Source of the DNA: Candidatus Latescibacterota bacterium
GTDB lineage: Bacteria > Latescibacterota > UBA2968 > GCA-2709665
NCBI GenBank assembly: GCA_965205485.1
Contig: OZ242180.1
Location: 3,040,001-3,104,000, forward strand
DNA length: 64,000 nucleotides
Reading direction: 5' to 3'
The notes under the pieces were generated by a model. That model saw nothing but the letters and a program-made list of their open reading frames with translations. It was not told where the DNA came from and made no database searches. This document shows positions 11,483-21,124 of this stretch, piece after piece (position 1 is the stretch's first letter; each line of letters starts with the position of its first letter). The translations under genes and the position numbers were made by a program.

Positions 11483-11773
11483 TTACTTTTCCCATTAAAT
11501 CCTTATCAATACTCAAAAATAGGCAAAATTCAATCGTACAACAAGGGAAGAAATCCGAACCAACCCCTGGAAATCGGCGTCAGCGTCTCAAATAAAGCAT
11601 GTTATCACACCTGACCGAACCCGTCGTTCCTGGATAATCTCATTGCGGACCTGCAGTCTTCTCGTTACGGGTGGCCGCGGAACCTGGTAAAGCCCGAAGT
11701 CGCTACAACGGCCGCGAGCGCCCTGCGACCGAAGGCAATCTTCCCGCTAACACGGCATGATCCACCAATATCC

Positions 11774-11922
11774 GGAGCGAGGGCATCCTGCCCTCGAACT
11801 TCGTGTGACCTATCAATACCCGAATCAAGGGCTTATTGTTTCCCTTGCATCCGAAATCAATTTGAAAATGATGGCGCCAGGACCTTGCGAATCAGCCGTC
11901 GAGGGCAGGATGCCCTCGCTCC
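11774..11922. repeat. REP doublet (REPIN-like) with perfect 24-bp inverted repeats
   Basis: GGAGCGAGGGCATCCTGCCCTCGA at 11774-11797 and its exact reverse complement at 11899-11922; each unit is internally palindromic. Confidence 0.8.
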
Positions 11923-11990
11923 CGGGAACGCCAACCGCACCAATCCCAGATCGGTTGCTGTTATGGACAGCCGTGACAAGCCATAGGTCG

Positions 11991-14921
11991 CTAATTCCCA
12001 ACGCCGGGCTCGACGGTTTCGGGAGCTGAGTCACCCTGATCTTCAGGAAGCGCGAACACGATGCGCTGGGACATCCAAACGGGGACGGGCTTGCCACCGA
12101 TCTCAGCAGGTTTGAACCGGAATTGATTAACCGCATCAATCGCTGGTTGGCGGAATACGTCATCGCCCTTCAATACTTTTGCGTCGCTCACGGTTCCATC
12201 TACATTAATCTTGAATTTCAGGAAGACTTTGCCTGTCAACCCTGCCCTTTTTGCGTGATCCGGATATACCGGCCGTACGGTACGCAGGTTCACGTTGACA
12301 GGTTTCACGTCGACGTCCCAAAACTCGAAGACCTTGTCATTGCCAATTTCGCTTCTGTCGGTAGACGCTTCGTCCCGGTGTTCCGAGGGCGCGAACGCAA
12401 AATGGTGTGTCATCCGCACCGCGACGGGCTTGCCTTCGTGTTCAGCAGGTTTGTACAGAAATTGTCTAACTGCATCGATCGCAGGTTTACGAAATATCTC
12501 ACCGCCCTTCAGGACAAATGCGTCTACGTCGCTCACGGTACCATCCACGGTGACCGTGAACTTCATGGCCACGTCTCCCGCCAGGCCTGCTTCTTTCGCG
12601 ATGTCGGGATAAACCGGTTGAACTGAATGAATGACGACGGGCTTTGAGTCTACCGACCGGAACTGAAACACATTCTCGCTGGCGGCATCGCCTGCGCCGG
12701 GAGACGAAGTGGTCATCGGTTTGGGCGGGTTGAAACTGATCCGGTGCGTCATCCACACCGCGACAGGTTTGCCTTCACGTTCCCCAGGTTTGAACCTGAA
12801 TTGTGAAATGGCATCAACGGCAGATTTCACAAATACCGATCGACCATCGAGGACACGTACGTCGGTCACTGATCCATCCACGTTGACTTTGAACTTCAAA
12901 TTCACAATTCCCTTTTCCCCTCCGGTAAATCGTGCCCATTCGGGATAGACTGGTTGAACGGAATGTATGACGTTCGGCTCTACGTCTACCGACGAGATAT
13001 CGAATACCTTATCACCGTCGGGATCGCTTGAGCCAGGAGGCGGCATGGCCTTTGGTTTGGGTCGGCCAAACCTGATCACGTGCGACATCCACACCGCGAC
13101 AGGTTTGCCTTCGCGTTCCGCAGGTTTGAACCTGAACTGCGAAATCGCATCGATGGCAGGTTTCGTAAATACCGGCTGGCCCCTGAGGACACGGATAGCA
13201 CTCACCGAACCGTCGACGTTGACTTTAAACCTTAAGAACACGTTTCCCGACAAGCCTGCTTTCTTTGCTTCGTCGGGATAATCCGGCGCAACGGAACGCA
13301 GGAGGACAGGTTTTACGTCTGCCGACCAGAATTCCAGGACATTCGCATTGACACGACCTTCCAGCTTCTCCTTGTGCGCCGCTCTGGGATATTCGGGGGT
13401 AACGATTCGTACTGATCTGGATTTTGATTCCGTCTGGTCGGAAGCAAGAATGCCTCCCAAGCCGGTATCACGGAAATTCGTAGAATTCGGCGTCTGCAGT
13501 CTCTTTTTCGTAGGGTAATTGTAGTATGAGATTTCTTTGGTAAACCAGACCGTCGCATTTTCGCTGTCCTGTTTCACTGGTTCAAATCTCACTCGCGAAA
13601 CGCTGTCGATTACGGCGTTCTTGAATCCTGCCGGTCCTTCGACATTCAAGACCTTCATATCACACACCGAGCCGTCGTCCGCGTAAGCCCGTACTCTCAA
13701 GGCTACAGTGACGTCGAAATTCGCGTCAGGCGCCATATCTGAATTCGCAAATCGCGCCAGTATTTCGCTGATAACAACTGAACTTTTCTGCTGTCCAACG
13801 GTAATGGGCCTCGTTTTGACTTTAGCCTCGTCGTCGTTCGGGACTCCAACAGCAACAGTGTCCGAATTGCCCGAAAATGGTGGTTCGGTATGTTGCTCGT
13901 GTCTAAGTTCGCTCCCTCCGCCACCCTCGGAAGGGTTCAGGGCCGACGGTCCATTCTCATCCTGCGTATATGCCTCTCGGATCGAGAGCGGCACAATCAT
14001 CAGGCCGACGAGAACGAGCGCAGCCACCTGCCGTTTCGACCGTTTGATTCGCCCTTCCTTGAAGCCGAGGACGTGCTCAAGGCGTTTCTTCAGCGTCGTT
14101 CCCCGATCGGTGAAGAATACGGTCAGGGCGCTCGGTGTTGGTCGCCTGTCGACCAATCCCAGAAGCAGACGTCCGTATTCGGCGGGTGTCAGGTTCGTTT
14201 CGCGCAGGACCGCTTCGTCGCAGCGCAGTTCCCGGACTAACATCAGGCGGCGGTTCAACAGCCAGATCAATGGGTTTACGCCGAAGAGAGCCGTTGCCAT
14301 GGCTTGCAGAATGAGGACGTGAATGTCGCGTTTTTCAAAATGCGCCAGTTCGTGCCTGACGACGCCTCGCAGCTCTTCGGACGACCAGGAAGACCACTTC
14401 GAGGGCAAGAACAGCCGAGGTCTTGTCAGGCCCACCAGGATGGGAGAAGGCAGGTCCGTTTTGGAAAAGACCTCCAGGTTGGGTGGCGCATTCAGTGAGG
14501 GAGCTAGGTCCACCGGGTTTGCCGGTTTCAGCGTGCGGCGGAAGGCCGCGTTCTTCCACAGCGCCACACCAGTCCAGACCAGGACTGAGAGTGTCCAGAG
14601 ACAGAACAGATAGAACGCCGGTGGAAAGGTAGTCACTGGTTCGGGAGAGACTGCGACAGCCCCAGATACGACTCCGTAATATACGGGTTCATCCAATGCG
14701 ACAGTTGCTGGAGAAACGAGAAATGCAGGTATTGGAATAGCCAGAACCGGCGGTACAAACACCTTCGCCAGCGCCAGCAGATAGAGCGCGTATCTCAATC
14801 GCGTCTCCAGCGTCAGCCACCGGTCCACGGCCCATACCAGCGAAATGAACAGCGAGATTTCGACCATGTGTACCGCATAATACGGCCACCACGATTCGGC
14901 CAGATGGATTAATGTGTTCAC
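11991..14921 (-). CDS. BlaR1-like M56 peptidase fused to tandem TonB C-terminal domains
   Basis: TM helices, SPILVG, HELAH, NPLIW, RELRCD; four full TonB-C repeats (PxYP..A..G..G.V.LKF.VNVDG..AIDA..QFRFKP..GKPV.VW) plus one divergent and one truncated repeat. Confidence 0.9.
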   Translation of the reverse strand: MNTLIHLAESWWPYYAVHMVEISLFISLVWAVDRWLTLETRLRYALYLLALAKVFVPPVLAIPIPAFLVSPATVALDEPVYYGVVSGAVAVSPEPVTTFPPAFYLFCLWTLSVLVWTGVALWKNAAFRRTLKPANPVDLAPSLNAPPNLEVFSKTDLPSPILVGLTRPRLFLPSKWSSWSSEELRGVVRHELAHFEKRDIHVLILQAMATALFGVNPLIWLLNRRLMLVRELRCDEAVLRETNLTPAEYGRLLLGLVDRRPTPSALTVFFTDRGTTLKKRLEHVLGFKEGRIKRSKRQVAALVLVGLMIVPLSIREAYTQDENGPSALNPSEGGGGSELRHEQHTEPPFSGNSDTVAVGVPNDDEAKVKTRPITVGQQKSSVVISEILARFANSDMAPDANFDVTVALRVRAYADDGSVCDMKVLNVEGPAGFKNAVIDSVSRVRFEPVKQDSENATVWFTKEISYYNYPTKKRLQTPNSTNFRDTGLGGILASDQTESKSRSVRIVTPEYPRAAHKEKLEGRVNANVLEFWSADVKPVLLRSVAPDYPDEAKKAGLSGNVFLRFKVNVDGSVSAIRVLRGQPVFTKPAIDAISQFRFKPAEREGKPVAVWMSHVIRFGRPKPKAMPPPGSSDPDGDKVFDISSVDVEPNVIHSVQPVYPEWARFTGGEKGIVNLKFKVNVDGSVTDVRVLDGRSVFVKSAVDAISQFRFKPGEREGKPVAVWMTHRISFNPPKPMTTSSPGAGDAASENVFQFRSVDSKPVVIHSVQPVYPDIAKEAGLAGDVAMKFTVTVDGTVSDVDAFVLKGGEIFRKPAIDAVRQFLYKPAEHEGKPVAVRMTHHFAFAPSEHRDEASTDRSEIGNDKVFEFWDVDVKPVNVNLRTVRPVYPDHAKRAGLTGKVFLKFKINVDGTVSDAKVLKGDDVFRQPAIDAVNQFRFKPAEIGGKPVPVWMSQRIVFALPEDQGDSAPETVEPGVGN

Positions 14922-15316
14922 GTTGGACCTCCTTCCTTCGCTTTCTCCCGCTCCTCGATCAGTGCGCGCAATTCATCCAGTTCTTGCTTCGAAAGCTCGC
15001 CCGAATCCACGAGATAGGTCGCCAGCGCGCCAAAGGAGCCCTCGAACATCCGCGACACCAGGGTTCGCGTTTCAGCCTGCGCAACGTCTTCCCTCGACAC
15101 CGCCGGGTTGTACACATTGACCGGACCGATCTTTTCCCGATCCAGCACGCCCTTTTCGGCCAGGATGTTCATGATCGTCTGCACGGTCGTGTAGGCCTTT
15201 TCGCCGTTGGGATAGAGGTGATTCACAACGTCGCGAACAGTGACCTGACGTTCGAACTGCCATACGCCGTCCATCACCTCCCACTCGACCTCGGCCAGCC
15301 TGCGTTTTTGGGCCAT
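14918..15316 (-). CDS. BlaI/MecI/CopY family repressor
   Basis: EWEVMDGVW, AYTTVQTIMNILAEKG, MFEGS, ELDELRALI; 4-nt overlap with the M56 gene. Confidence 0.92.
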   Translation of the reverse strand: MAQKRRLAEVEWEVMDGVWQFERQVTVRDVVNHLYPNGEKAYTTVQTIMNILAEKGVLDREKIGPVNVYNPAVSREDVAQAETRTLVSRMFEGSFGALATYLVDSGELSKQELDELRALIEEREKAKEGGPT

Positions 15317-15403
15317 AGGGAACCTCCTTTCGTCTTTGCCGGATTTCCGGTCGTCAATCGCGATGATGCGTTCAGTTCCGTGGTCGGCTGTCGACCGTCG
15401 GGT

Positions 15404-15451
15404 GACCGCAAGGGCCGGCCGCAGCCCGTATGGGCTTCAACGGGCTGCTAA
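15404..15451 (-). mobile_element. Truncated left-end copy of the 160-bp MITE
   Basis: Reverse complement TTAG-CAGCCCGTTGAAGCCCATACGGGCTGCGGCCGGCCCTTGCGGTC matches the start of the copies at 19279 and 63000. Confidence 0.7.
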
Positions 15452-15533
15452 ACCCGAGGAGACCTGTTCGATGCCGCAACGCCCTCGTGGACGGCGGGAT
15501 TCCACGACCCTTCCAGTGAACTGCACGATGTAG

Positions 15534-15579
15534 ATTACTAACTTATTAGTAATATGACGAATTAATTAGGAAATGTCAA
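15534..15579 (-). promoter_or_regulatory. Sigma70-type promoter with a palindromic candidate BlaI operator
   Basis: TTGACA(15579-74)-N17-CATATT(15556-51); perfect inverted repeat ATTACTAA-N4-TTAGTAAT at 15534-15553 overlapping the -10 and start site. Confidence 0.7.
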
Positions 15580-15709
15580 GGGGGAATTTAAACTATTTTG
15601 GAAATGTGATCCATACGCCGTTGAAAGACTCGATCACAATCTTTCACGCAGCTTTCATTGGGTAAGTCGCTGAGATCCCCCCACCGCATCACCCGTCGCC
15701 GGCCCAACA

Positions 15710-15990
15710 ACAGGCTCAGTGCAGCGCCTTCGGCCCTTCGACAAGCTCAGGGACCGAAGGCTAAGGACAACGACTCAGGGACCGCCACCCTATCGGCAAG
15801 CCAATTGCAGGCAGTACAAGCAGGACACGTGCTCACTGAGCGGCTCAGGGCAGGTTATGGGACTCCTAATAGCGGCTTGATGACGTCCAATGAACCAAAT
15901 AACGCGTGGTCATTGAGCTTGTCGAAATGCCCGCGATTCAACAGCCTTTCGACAATCCTTTGACAGACTCAGGACAATGGTTCACTGGGT
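15710..15990. repeat. Cluster of degenerate CTTCGACAAGCTCAGG REP-like repeats
   Basis: CCCTTCGACAAGCTCAGGGACC at 15734-15755, inverted GGTCATTGAGCTTGTCGAA at 15908-15926, further decayed (G)CTCAGG copies. Confidence 0.6.
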
Positions 15991-16230
15991 CGACGCGGTT
16001 CACGTGAAATCTCCAGCGGCATCCACTCCTTATTCCTGCCGACCCGGCACAGGCGTCCACGGAAATCTGATTTAAGGTGTGTCTGGACTTCAATTATCGG
16101 TCGTCGTATATTTCGCAATCCGCGGAAGATCGCGGGTCTGTGCGACGTAGGCGTTTGCCGCTGGGCGGACGTGCGCTTGGCGATTTTGGGCGGGATGTAA
16201 CCCTTCCGCCCGCTGCGTGGAGTACCTGGA

Positions 16231-19200
16231 ATGTCCGATGATGACCTGACAAGACGGGAGTTCCTGCGAGACGCAGGTCTGGGCGCGATCGTTGTTGCCA
16301 CGGGATGCGATCCGGCTATGTGGAGGAGCGATATGGGGATCGAACGAATCGACTGCTCGAGAGAAAAACGGTACTGGGAAGGCGAACGGCCGTTTCCCAG
16401 AGGCGTGGCGCACCCGCTATTCTATTCTCCGGACCAGATCGAGCGCGCGCGGCGGCGAGTGGAGTCGTACAGCTGGGCGAAGCAGTTCAGGGACGCGCGT
16501 TTACGCTGGATAGCCCGCTGGGGGATTATGGAAATGCCGGACGAGGCGATACGCGCGGGCATCTCCGAGCAGGTCAACTTTCCGCTTCCTCGCTGTCCCG
16601 TGGACCGCCGCAAGCGAAGCTGGCGGATCCATTTCTGGGAGTGGTCGGCGGATAGTCCGGACCACGTCAGGTGCAAAATCTGCGGGAACGCGTTTCCGGG
16701 ACCGGAACATCAGCCGGTGGGGGAGATCGAAGTGGTCGGCCCTGCCGGCGGGACGGTCCGATACCGGTATTGGGAGGATGAAGAGGGGATGCGGTATTTT
16801 TTCGAAAACATGCTGCTGAATTACACGCAGTACCAGGTGGTCCGAATGGCGGATCCGCTGGCGATGGCTTACGTCTTTACGGGAGAGCCGGCGTACGCAG
16901 AAAAAGCAGCAGTGATTCTGGATCGGCTGTCAGAAGTCTACAAGAACTACCCCGTGCACGGCCTGGGCCGGTCTTATCTTCACGCCGACCGGAAGGGATT
17001 CTACGAAAACCACTTCTACAAGGACCCGCCCTTTCCCTTTGTGTCCGCCCGGATAGGGAATTTCCACGCCAGCCCCTTTTCAGACGCGAGCAACGCGTTC
17101 CGGCTCGCCCAGGTCTACGACCTGATTTCAGACAGCGGCGCGATCGAGAAACTCTCCGATGCCGTGGGCCGGGACGTGCGCGCTGCTATCGAACGGGACC
17201 TGCTGTACGAGGCGATTCGACACACACTTGAAGTGCCCCATGGATCCACGAATTACGACGGTGGGAGGATCAACGGGCTGGCCCTCGTCGGGCGGGTCCT
17301 GGACGAGCCGGACTTCGTTGCGGAAGCGTACGGGCTGTATCGGACGTTGATCGATAACTGTTACAATTACGACGGGTACTGGCACGAGGATACGGTGAAT
17401 TATTTCAATATGATCACCAGCGGAACGCTGCGCGTGCCTGATGTCATCAGTGGGCCCGGCGGAATCGACGTCTACGGAGAGATGCCGTTTCTGCAGCGGA
17501 TCTTTACCGCGCCGATGGGCTTGTTTATGCCGGACGGACGCACGTTCATGGCCAACGATACGTGGGGGATCAGTACAGGTTTCGCCCGCGTTTCGAGCCG
17601 GATTGCATCCATGGGCAAATTCGTGGAGGCGGCAGATGAAATCAGGGGTACTTCGCGGATTGCGGTGGCCGACGTGGAATACGCGCTGTTTCGAAGGACT
17701 TCGGAAGCGGACAGGCGCGTCACGGAGGAGGACCTTCTGGCGCTGGTGCCTTCGAACTATCTGCTGCCCGGTGCGGGTGACGTCATCCTGGGAGTTGGGA
17801 GGACCTCAAAAGCGATCCGGGCGACGTTGTGTTACGGTCCCTGGGGCGGGCACCACCATTACGATACGCTCGCGATGGGCATGGACGTTTTCGGTCAGGA
17901 ATTGCTGTCGGACATCGGATATACCCATACCCGTTACCGGGAGTGGGCGACGACGGTTGGCAGCCACAATACGGTGGTCGTCGACGGGCAGGAGCAGACA
18001 CGGGACAGCGGGCGGCTGTGCTGCTACCGTCCCGCTTCCGACGAGAGCGTGGGCATGGTCTGCGCGGAGGCCACGGGCGCGTTCGAGAATACGGAAGTCT
18101 ATCGCCGAACGTTGATGCTGGTCCCAACGGGGCCGGAGAGCGGGTACGTGGTGGACCTGTTCGAGGTGAAGGGCGGGGACGTACACGACTATCTGCTGCA
18201 CGGATCCGCCGATTTCGACCAGGTGATTTCGGTGGCGCCCGACCTGAGCCACGCTGAAGGCGAGATGGTATTGAGCGGGGACGGGACCCGCGGCGCGCTA
18301 TACGGGTATTTTCATCGCACGCGGGGGACGGACGTATCCGGAAACTTCAAGGTCCGGTTCGAAGGAGAGGGCACGTTCGTTGATGTCAGGTTCGCCGGCG
18401 TCCAGTCGGGCAGATTGCTGATCAGTGATGCGCCGTCCATCCGCCGGACGCAGGAGGATGATGGCAAGCTCGACGACTTCTGGCTTCGTACGGTCTGTTT
18501 GCGTCACAGGCGCGAATCCAGCCTGTTCGTGTCGGTCATCGAAGCGCATACCGGCGAGGGGTTCGTGCGGAATGCTGAGTTGGTTGCGCGGGACCGGTCC
18601 GGCGTGGTGCTGCGGGTGCAGGAAAGGGAACGGGTACGCATCATTGCAATAGATCCCGCGGGGGCGGGATTGGCCGCAACCCTGCCCGACGGAAGGCGCC
18701 TCGAACTTATGGGTCGGGCGGGCGTGCTGAGCGAGTCCTCCGCGGACGCCGACCTCGACGTGATTGACGGATCGTCATTCCGGGTGGGCGACGCGGGGGT
18801 TCAGCGGATTCGTGACTACGAAGGGACCGTGACGGAGTTGGCGGGAGATATTTCGGGTGAACCGGGGCGCAGCGAACTCGTGCTGGACGTCGCGTTGCCG
18901 GACGACGGATCGCTGGAAGGTAAAGTCGTTTTCGTCCGCCATCCGTCAGGACTCGAAACGGTATACCTCGTGAATCGAATCGAGGGTGAGGCCGGCGGCA
19001 GCCGCGTATTCCTCGCGGATATGCCGAGATTCGTCAGGGGCAGGGGCAAGGTGACATCCGGAAGTAGATCCAGGTTCGACAGCGACGTCGATCACCCGAA
19101 AGAAGGCGCATATCCGGGATGCCGGCTCCGGATCGGGGACCGCGTGTTCACGATTCGAAAAATGCGACGTCGGACGACCTTTTTCGTAGAGGAAACGTTT

Positions 19201-19278
19201 GATTTTTCGAAGGTTATCGGCGAATCATTCGAAGTGTATTCCACGGCCGTCGGCGATCGCGTCAGAATCGTGGTTTAG
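16231..19278 (+). CDS. Tat-exported (lipo)protein, heparinase II/III-like lyase
   Basis: TRREFL twin-arginine motif then VATGC; CPVD..CKIC; DGYWHE..NY; GHHHYDTL; DIGY; SHNTVVVDG. Confidence 0.82.
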   Translation: MSDDDLTRREFLRDAGLGAIVVATGCDPAMWRSDMGIERIDCSREKRYWEGERPFPRGVAHPLFYSPDQIERARRRVESYSWAKQFRDARLRWIARWGIMEMPDEAIRAGISEQVNFPLPRCPVDRRKRSWRIHFWEWSADSPDHVRCKICGNAFPGPEHQPVGEIEVVGPAGGTVRYRYWEDEEGMRYFFENMLLNYTQYQVVRMADPLAMAYVFTGEPAYAEKAAVILDRLSEVYKNYPVHGLGRSYLHADRKGFYENHFYKDPPFPFVSARIGNFHASPFSDASNAFRLAQVYDLISDSGAIEKLSDAVGRDVRAAIERDLLYEAIRHTLEVPHGSTNYDGGRINGLALVGRVLDEPDFVAEAYGLYRTLIDNCYNYDGYWHEDTVNYFNMITSGTLRVPDVISGPGGIDVYGEMPFLQRIFTAPMGLFMPDGRTFMANDTWGISTGFARVSSRIASMGKFVEAADEIRGTSRIAVADVEYALFRRTSEADRRVTEEDLLALVPSNYLLPGAGDVILGVGRTSKAIRATLCYGPWGGHHHYDTLAMGMDVFGQELLSDIGYTHTRYREWATTVGSHNTVVVDGQEQTRDSGRLCCYRPASDESVGMVCAEATGAFENTEVYRRTLMLVPTGPESGYVVDLFEVKGGDVHDYLLHGSADFDQVISVAPDLSHAEGEMVLSGDGTRGALYGYFHRTRGTDVSGNFKVRFEGEGTFVDVRFAGVQSGRLLISDAPSIRRTQEDDGKLDDFWLRTVCLRHRRESSLFVSVIEAHTGEGFVRNAELVARDRSGVVLRVQERERVRIIAIDPAGAGLAATLPDGRRLELMGRAGVLSESSADADLDVIDGSSFRVGDAGVQRIRDYEGTVTELAGDISGEPGRSELVLDVALPDDGSLEGKVVFVRHPSGLETVYLVNRIEGEAGGSRVFLADMPRFVRGRGKVTSGSRSRFDSDVDHPKEGAYPGCRLRIGDRVFTIRKMRRRTTFFVEETFDFSKVIGESFEVYSTAVGDRVRIVV

Positions 19279-19438
19279 CAGCCCGTTGAAAAAGCCCATC
19301 CGGGCTTCGGCCAGCCCTTGCGGTCGAAATACTGCGTTGCGCGCCCTCGCCGAATCGCAGGATGGGACTCGGTTGCGCGCCTTGTCTTCGACCACAATGG
19401 CTCGGCCTCGCCTGCAGAGCGGCTTTTTCAACGGACTG
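19279..19438. mobile_element. 160-bp MITE, copy 1
   Basis: 18-bp terminal inverted repeats (CAGCCCGTTGAAAAAGCC / GGCTTTTTCAACGGACTG, 1 mismatch); TTAG on both sides; near-identical copy at 63000-63159. Confidence 0.85.
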
Positions 19439-20167
19439 TTAGCTTTCTTCATCGTCGGCGTAGGCATGGCCGCCCATGATTGCCCTGACTTCGGCGGCCG
19501 ACGATGCGCTCAGCAGGGCGCCCATTCGAGCTTCCTCTTCCTCTTGTAGCGCACGGACGTTGTTGAGAACCGCATCCAGTTTGTCGGCGGGGAACTTGCA
19601 CGCGCCGTTCTCGTCCATATGGACGATCTCGCCCGGCGCCACGTCCATCCCGCCTACGGAGACCGGCACATTCACGGCGTGAACCGCCATGCCTCCGTGT
19701 CCCGCCGTGACCCCGCTGAGCATGTACTGAAATTTCATTGGACGGATTTCGTCGATGTCCCTGGAGGGACCGTTGGAGATGGCGCCAACGCAGCCGACGG
19801 CCTTCATCGCGGAGGTCATGTTTCCGCCGGCCAGACCGACCTTGGCCGCGAGTTCGGGCGGGAATTTCTGCTGGAAGACAAGAACGGTCGGTTTCGGAGA
19901 CGCGTCCAGTGCGTCGATCACGTCCAGAAATGACAGAGAGTCGTAATCGGGATCCGGCAGCCCGAAGACGCACGTGACCGCGTAACCCACCGTGCGGCCC
20001 AGTTCGGGATACATGCAACGGATGGACTGGTCCGTGTACCAGTTTTCCGTCCAGGGATTGTAGAGGCTCAGGCAGAGCGGATTGCCGGGATACGTGGCAA
20101 CGACATTCGTGATCGAGGGGGTGTCGTAATTTTTCAGTTCTTCCAGCATTTCCTGTGAGTCAGCCAT
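19439..20167 (-). CDS. RraA/HMG-aldolase family protein
   Basis: YDTPSITN, RTVGYAVT, GAISNGPSRDIDE, VAPGEIVHMDENG. Confidence 0.85.
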   Translation of the reverse strand: MADSQEMLEELKNYDTPSITNVVATYPGNPLCLSLYNPWTENWYTDQSIRCMYPELGRTVGYAVTCVFGLPDPDYDSLSFLDVIDALDASPKPTVLVFQQKFPPELAAKVGLAGGNMTSAMKAVGCVGAISNGPSRDIDEIRPMKFQYMLSGVTAGHGGMAVHAVNVPVSVGGMDVAPGEIVHMDENGACKFPADKLDAVLNNVRALQEEEEARMGALLSASSAAEVRAIMGGHAYADDEES

Positions 20168-20227
20168 CGTATCCTCCTTCGTTTCTTGAATGGGGCTAAG
20201 GAAGTCGCGTCAGTGCATTTTTGCCTG

Positions 20228-21064
20228 TCACGTGGAATCGGTTTTTTCCTGCGGTTCTCGAGGCAGGAGTTGCTGCGGCTGTACGATGCGGCGGCGCTGA
20301 GGCGTAAGTCGTTGCAGGAGTTCCGGTGACGGCTGATAACCATGGCGGAAGTTCCCCCATGATGGCCCGTAGCGGTAGACGACCACGCGCCGGATGCCCG
20401 GGTTGGAACGCCTGGCGGACCCGTGCGAGATGCCGTCCACAAACAGAAGCGCATCCCCCGCGGCCATATGGATTTCGAGGGCGCCCTCGATGCCTTCGAC
20501 AGTTGCATTTCTGGCCATCCGGTGCCTGTCGAAGTGCGGGTGTTTGAAGTTGGCCTTATGGCTTCCCGGAATCACCATGGTGCCCCCGTCGCCGCGTCCA
20601 ATGTCGGTCAGCGCCATAAGGATGTTGATCTGGCCGCACATAAAACGCCCGCCATGGTATCGAAACTGATTTCGCAAAATGGGTGGAAATCCGCCGGAGT
20701 GCAGGCCGATGGCTTCACCCGGCTCGCGAAAGTTGGCGAAATTCTCGTCGATGAACAGAGGACCGTGGTGGTAGTCGAAACTGCCCTCGCCTCCCACAAA
20801 GCGCTTCACCGTTTCGAACCAGGAAGGATGGTCGATCAGGTTCTCGAAGGGCGCCCCGGCTTCATAAATCTGCTGAAGGTTCAGTCCGGAAGTGTCGTCA
20901 CCGTATGTGTGGGCATGAACGTGACCGTACCATTCCCCTGGTGCGAGTGGGGGAATCTCATCCAGGCAGGCATTGAGTTCGCCAACCTCCTCGTTGGAGA
21001 GTGCATTCTCAAGATGTAGATAACCGCGAAGGTCGAACAGGTACGTTTCAAGGTCCGTATCCAT
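20228..21064 (-). CDS. PhyH-family Fe/2OG enzyme, HxG variant
   Basis: YLFDLRGYL, GLHSGG, DGGTMVIPGSHK, GDALLFVDGISHGS, RRV. Confidence 0.87.
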   Translation of the reverse strand: MDTDLETYLFDLRGYLHLENALSNEEVGELNACLDEIPPLAPGEWYGHVHAHTYGDDTSGLNLQQIYEAGAPFENLIDHPSWFETVKRFVGGEGSFDYHHGPLFIDENFANFREPGEAIGLHSGGFPPILRNQFRYHGGRFMCGQINILMALTDIGRGDGGTMVIPGSHKANFKHPHFDRHRMARNATVEGIEGALEIHMAAGDALLFVDGISHGSARRSNPGIRRVVVYRYGPSWGNFRHGYQPSPELLQRLTPQRRRIVQPQQLLPREPQEKTDST

Positions 21065-21124
21065 GAATGTCCCTATAGGCTGATGCGAAGCCAGTCTTCG
21101 GTCGTTTCGCCGGCGTCGAATGAA

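Noticed and set aside
12055..13340. Tandem repeats as CRISPR or DGR template/variable repeats
   Set aside because: They are in-frame protein domain repeats; no spacers, cas genes or reverse transcriptase seen in the window
15605..15637. TGTGATC...GATCACA as a CRP/FNR site
   Set aside because: Spacer is 19 bp rather than the canonical 6
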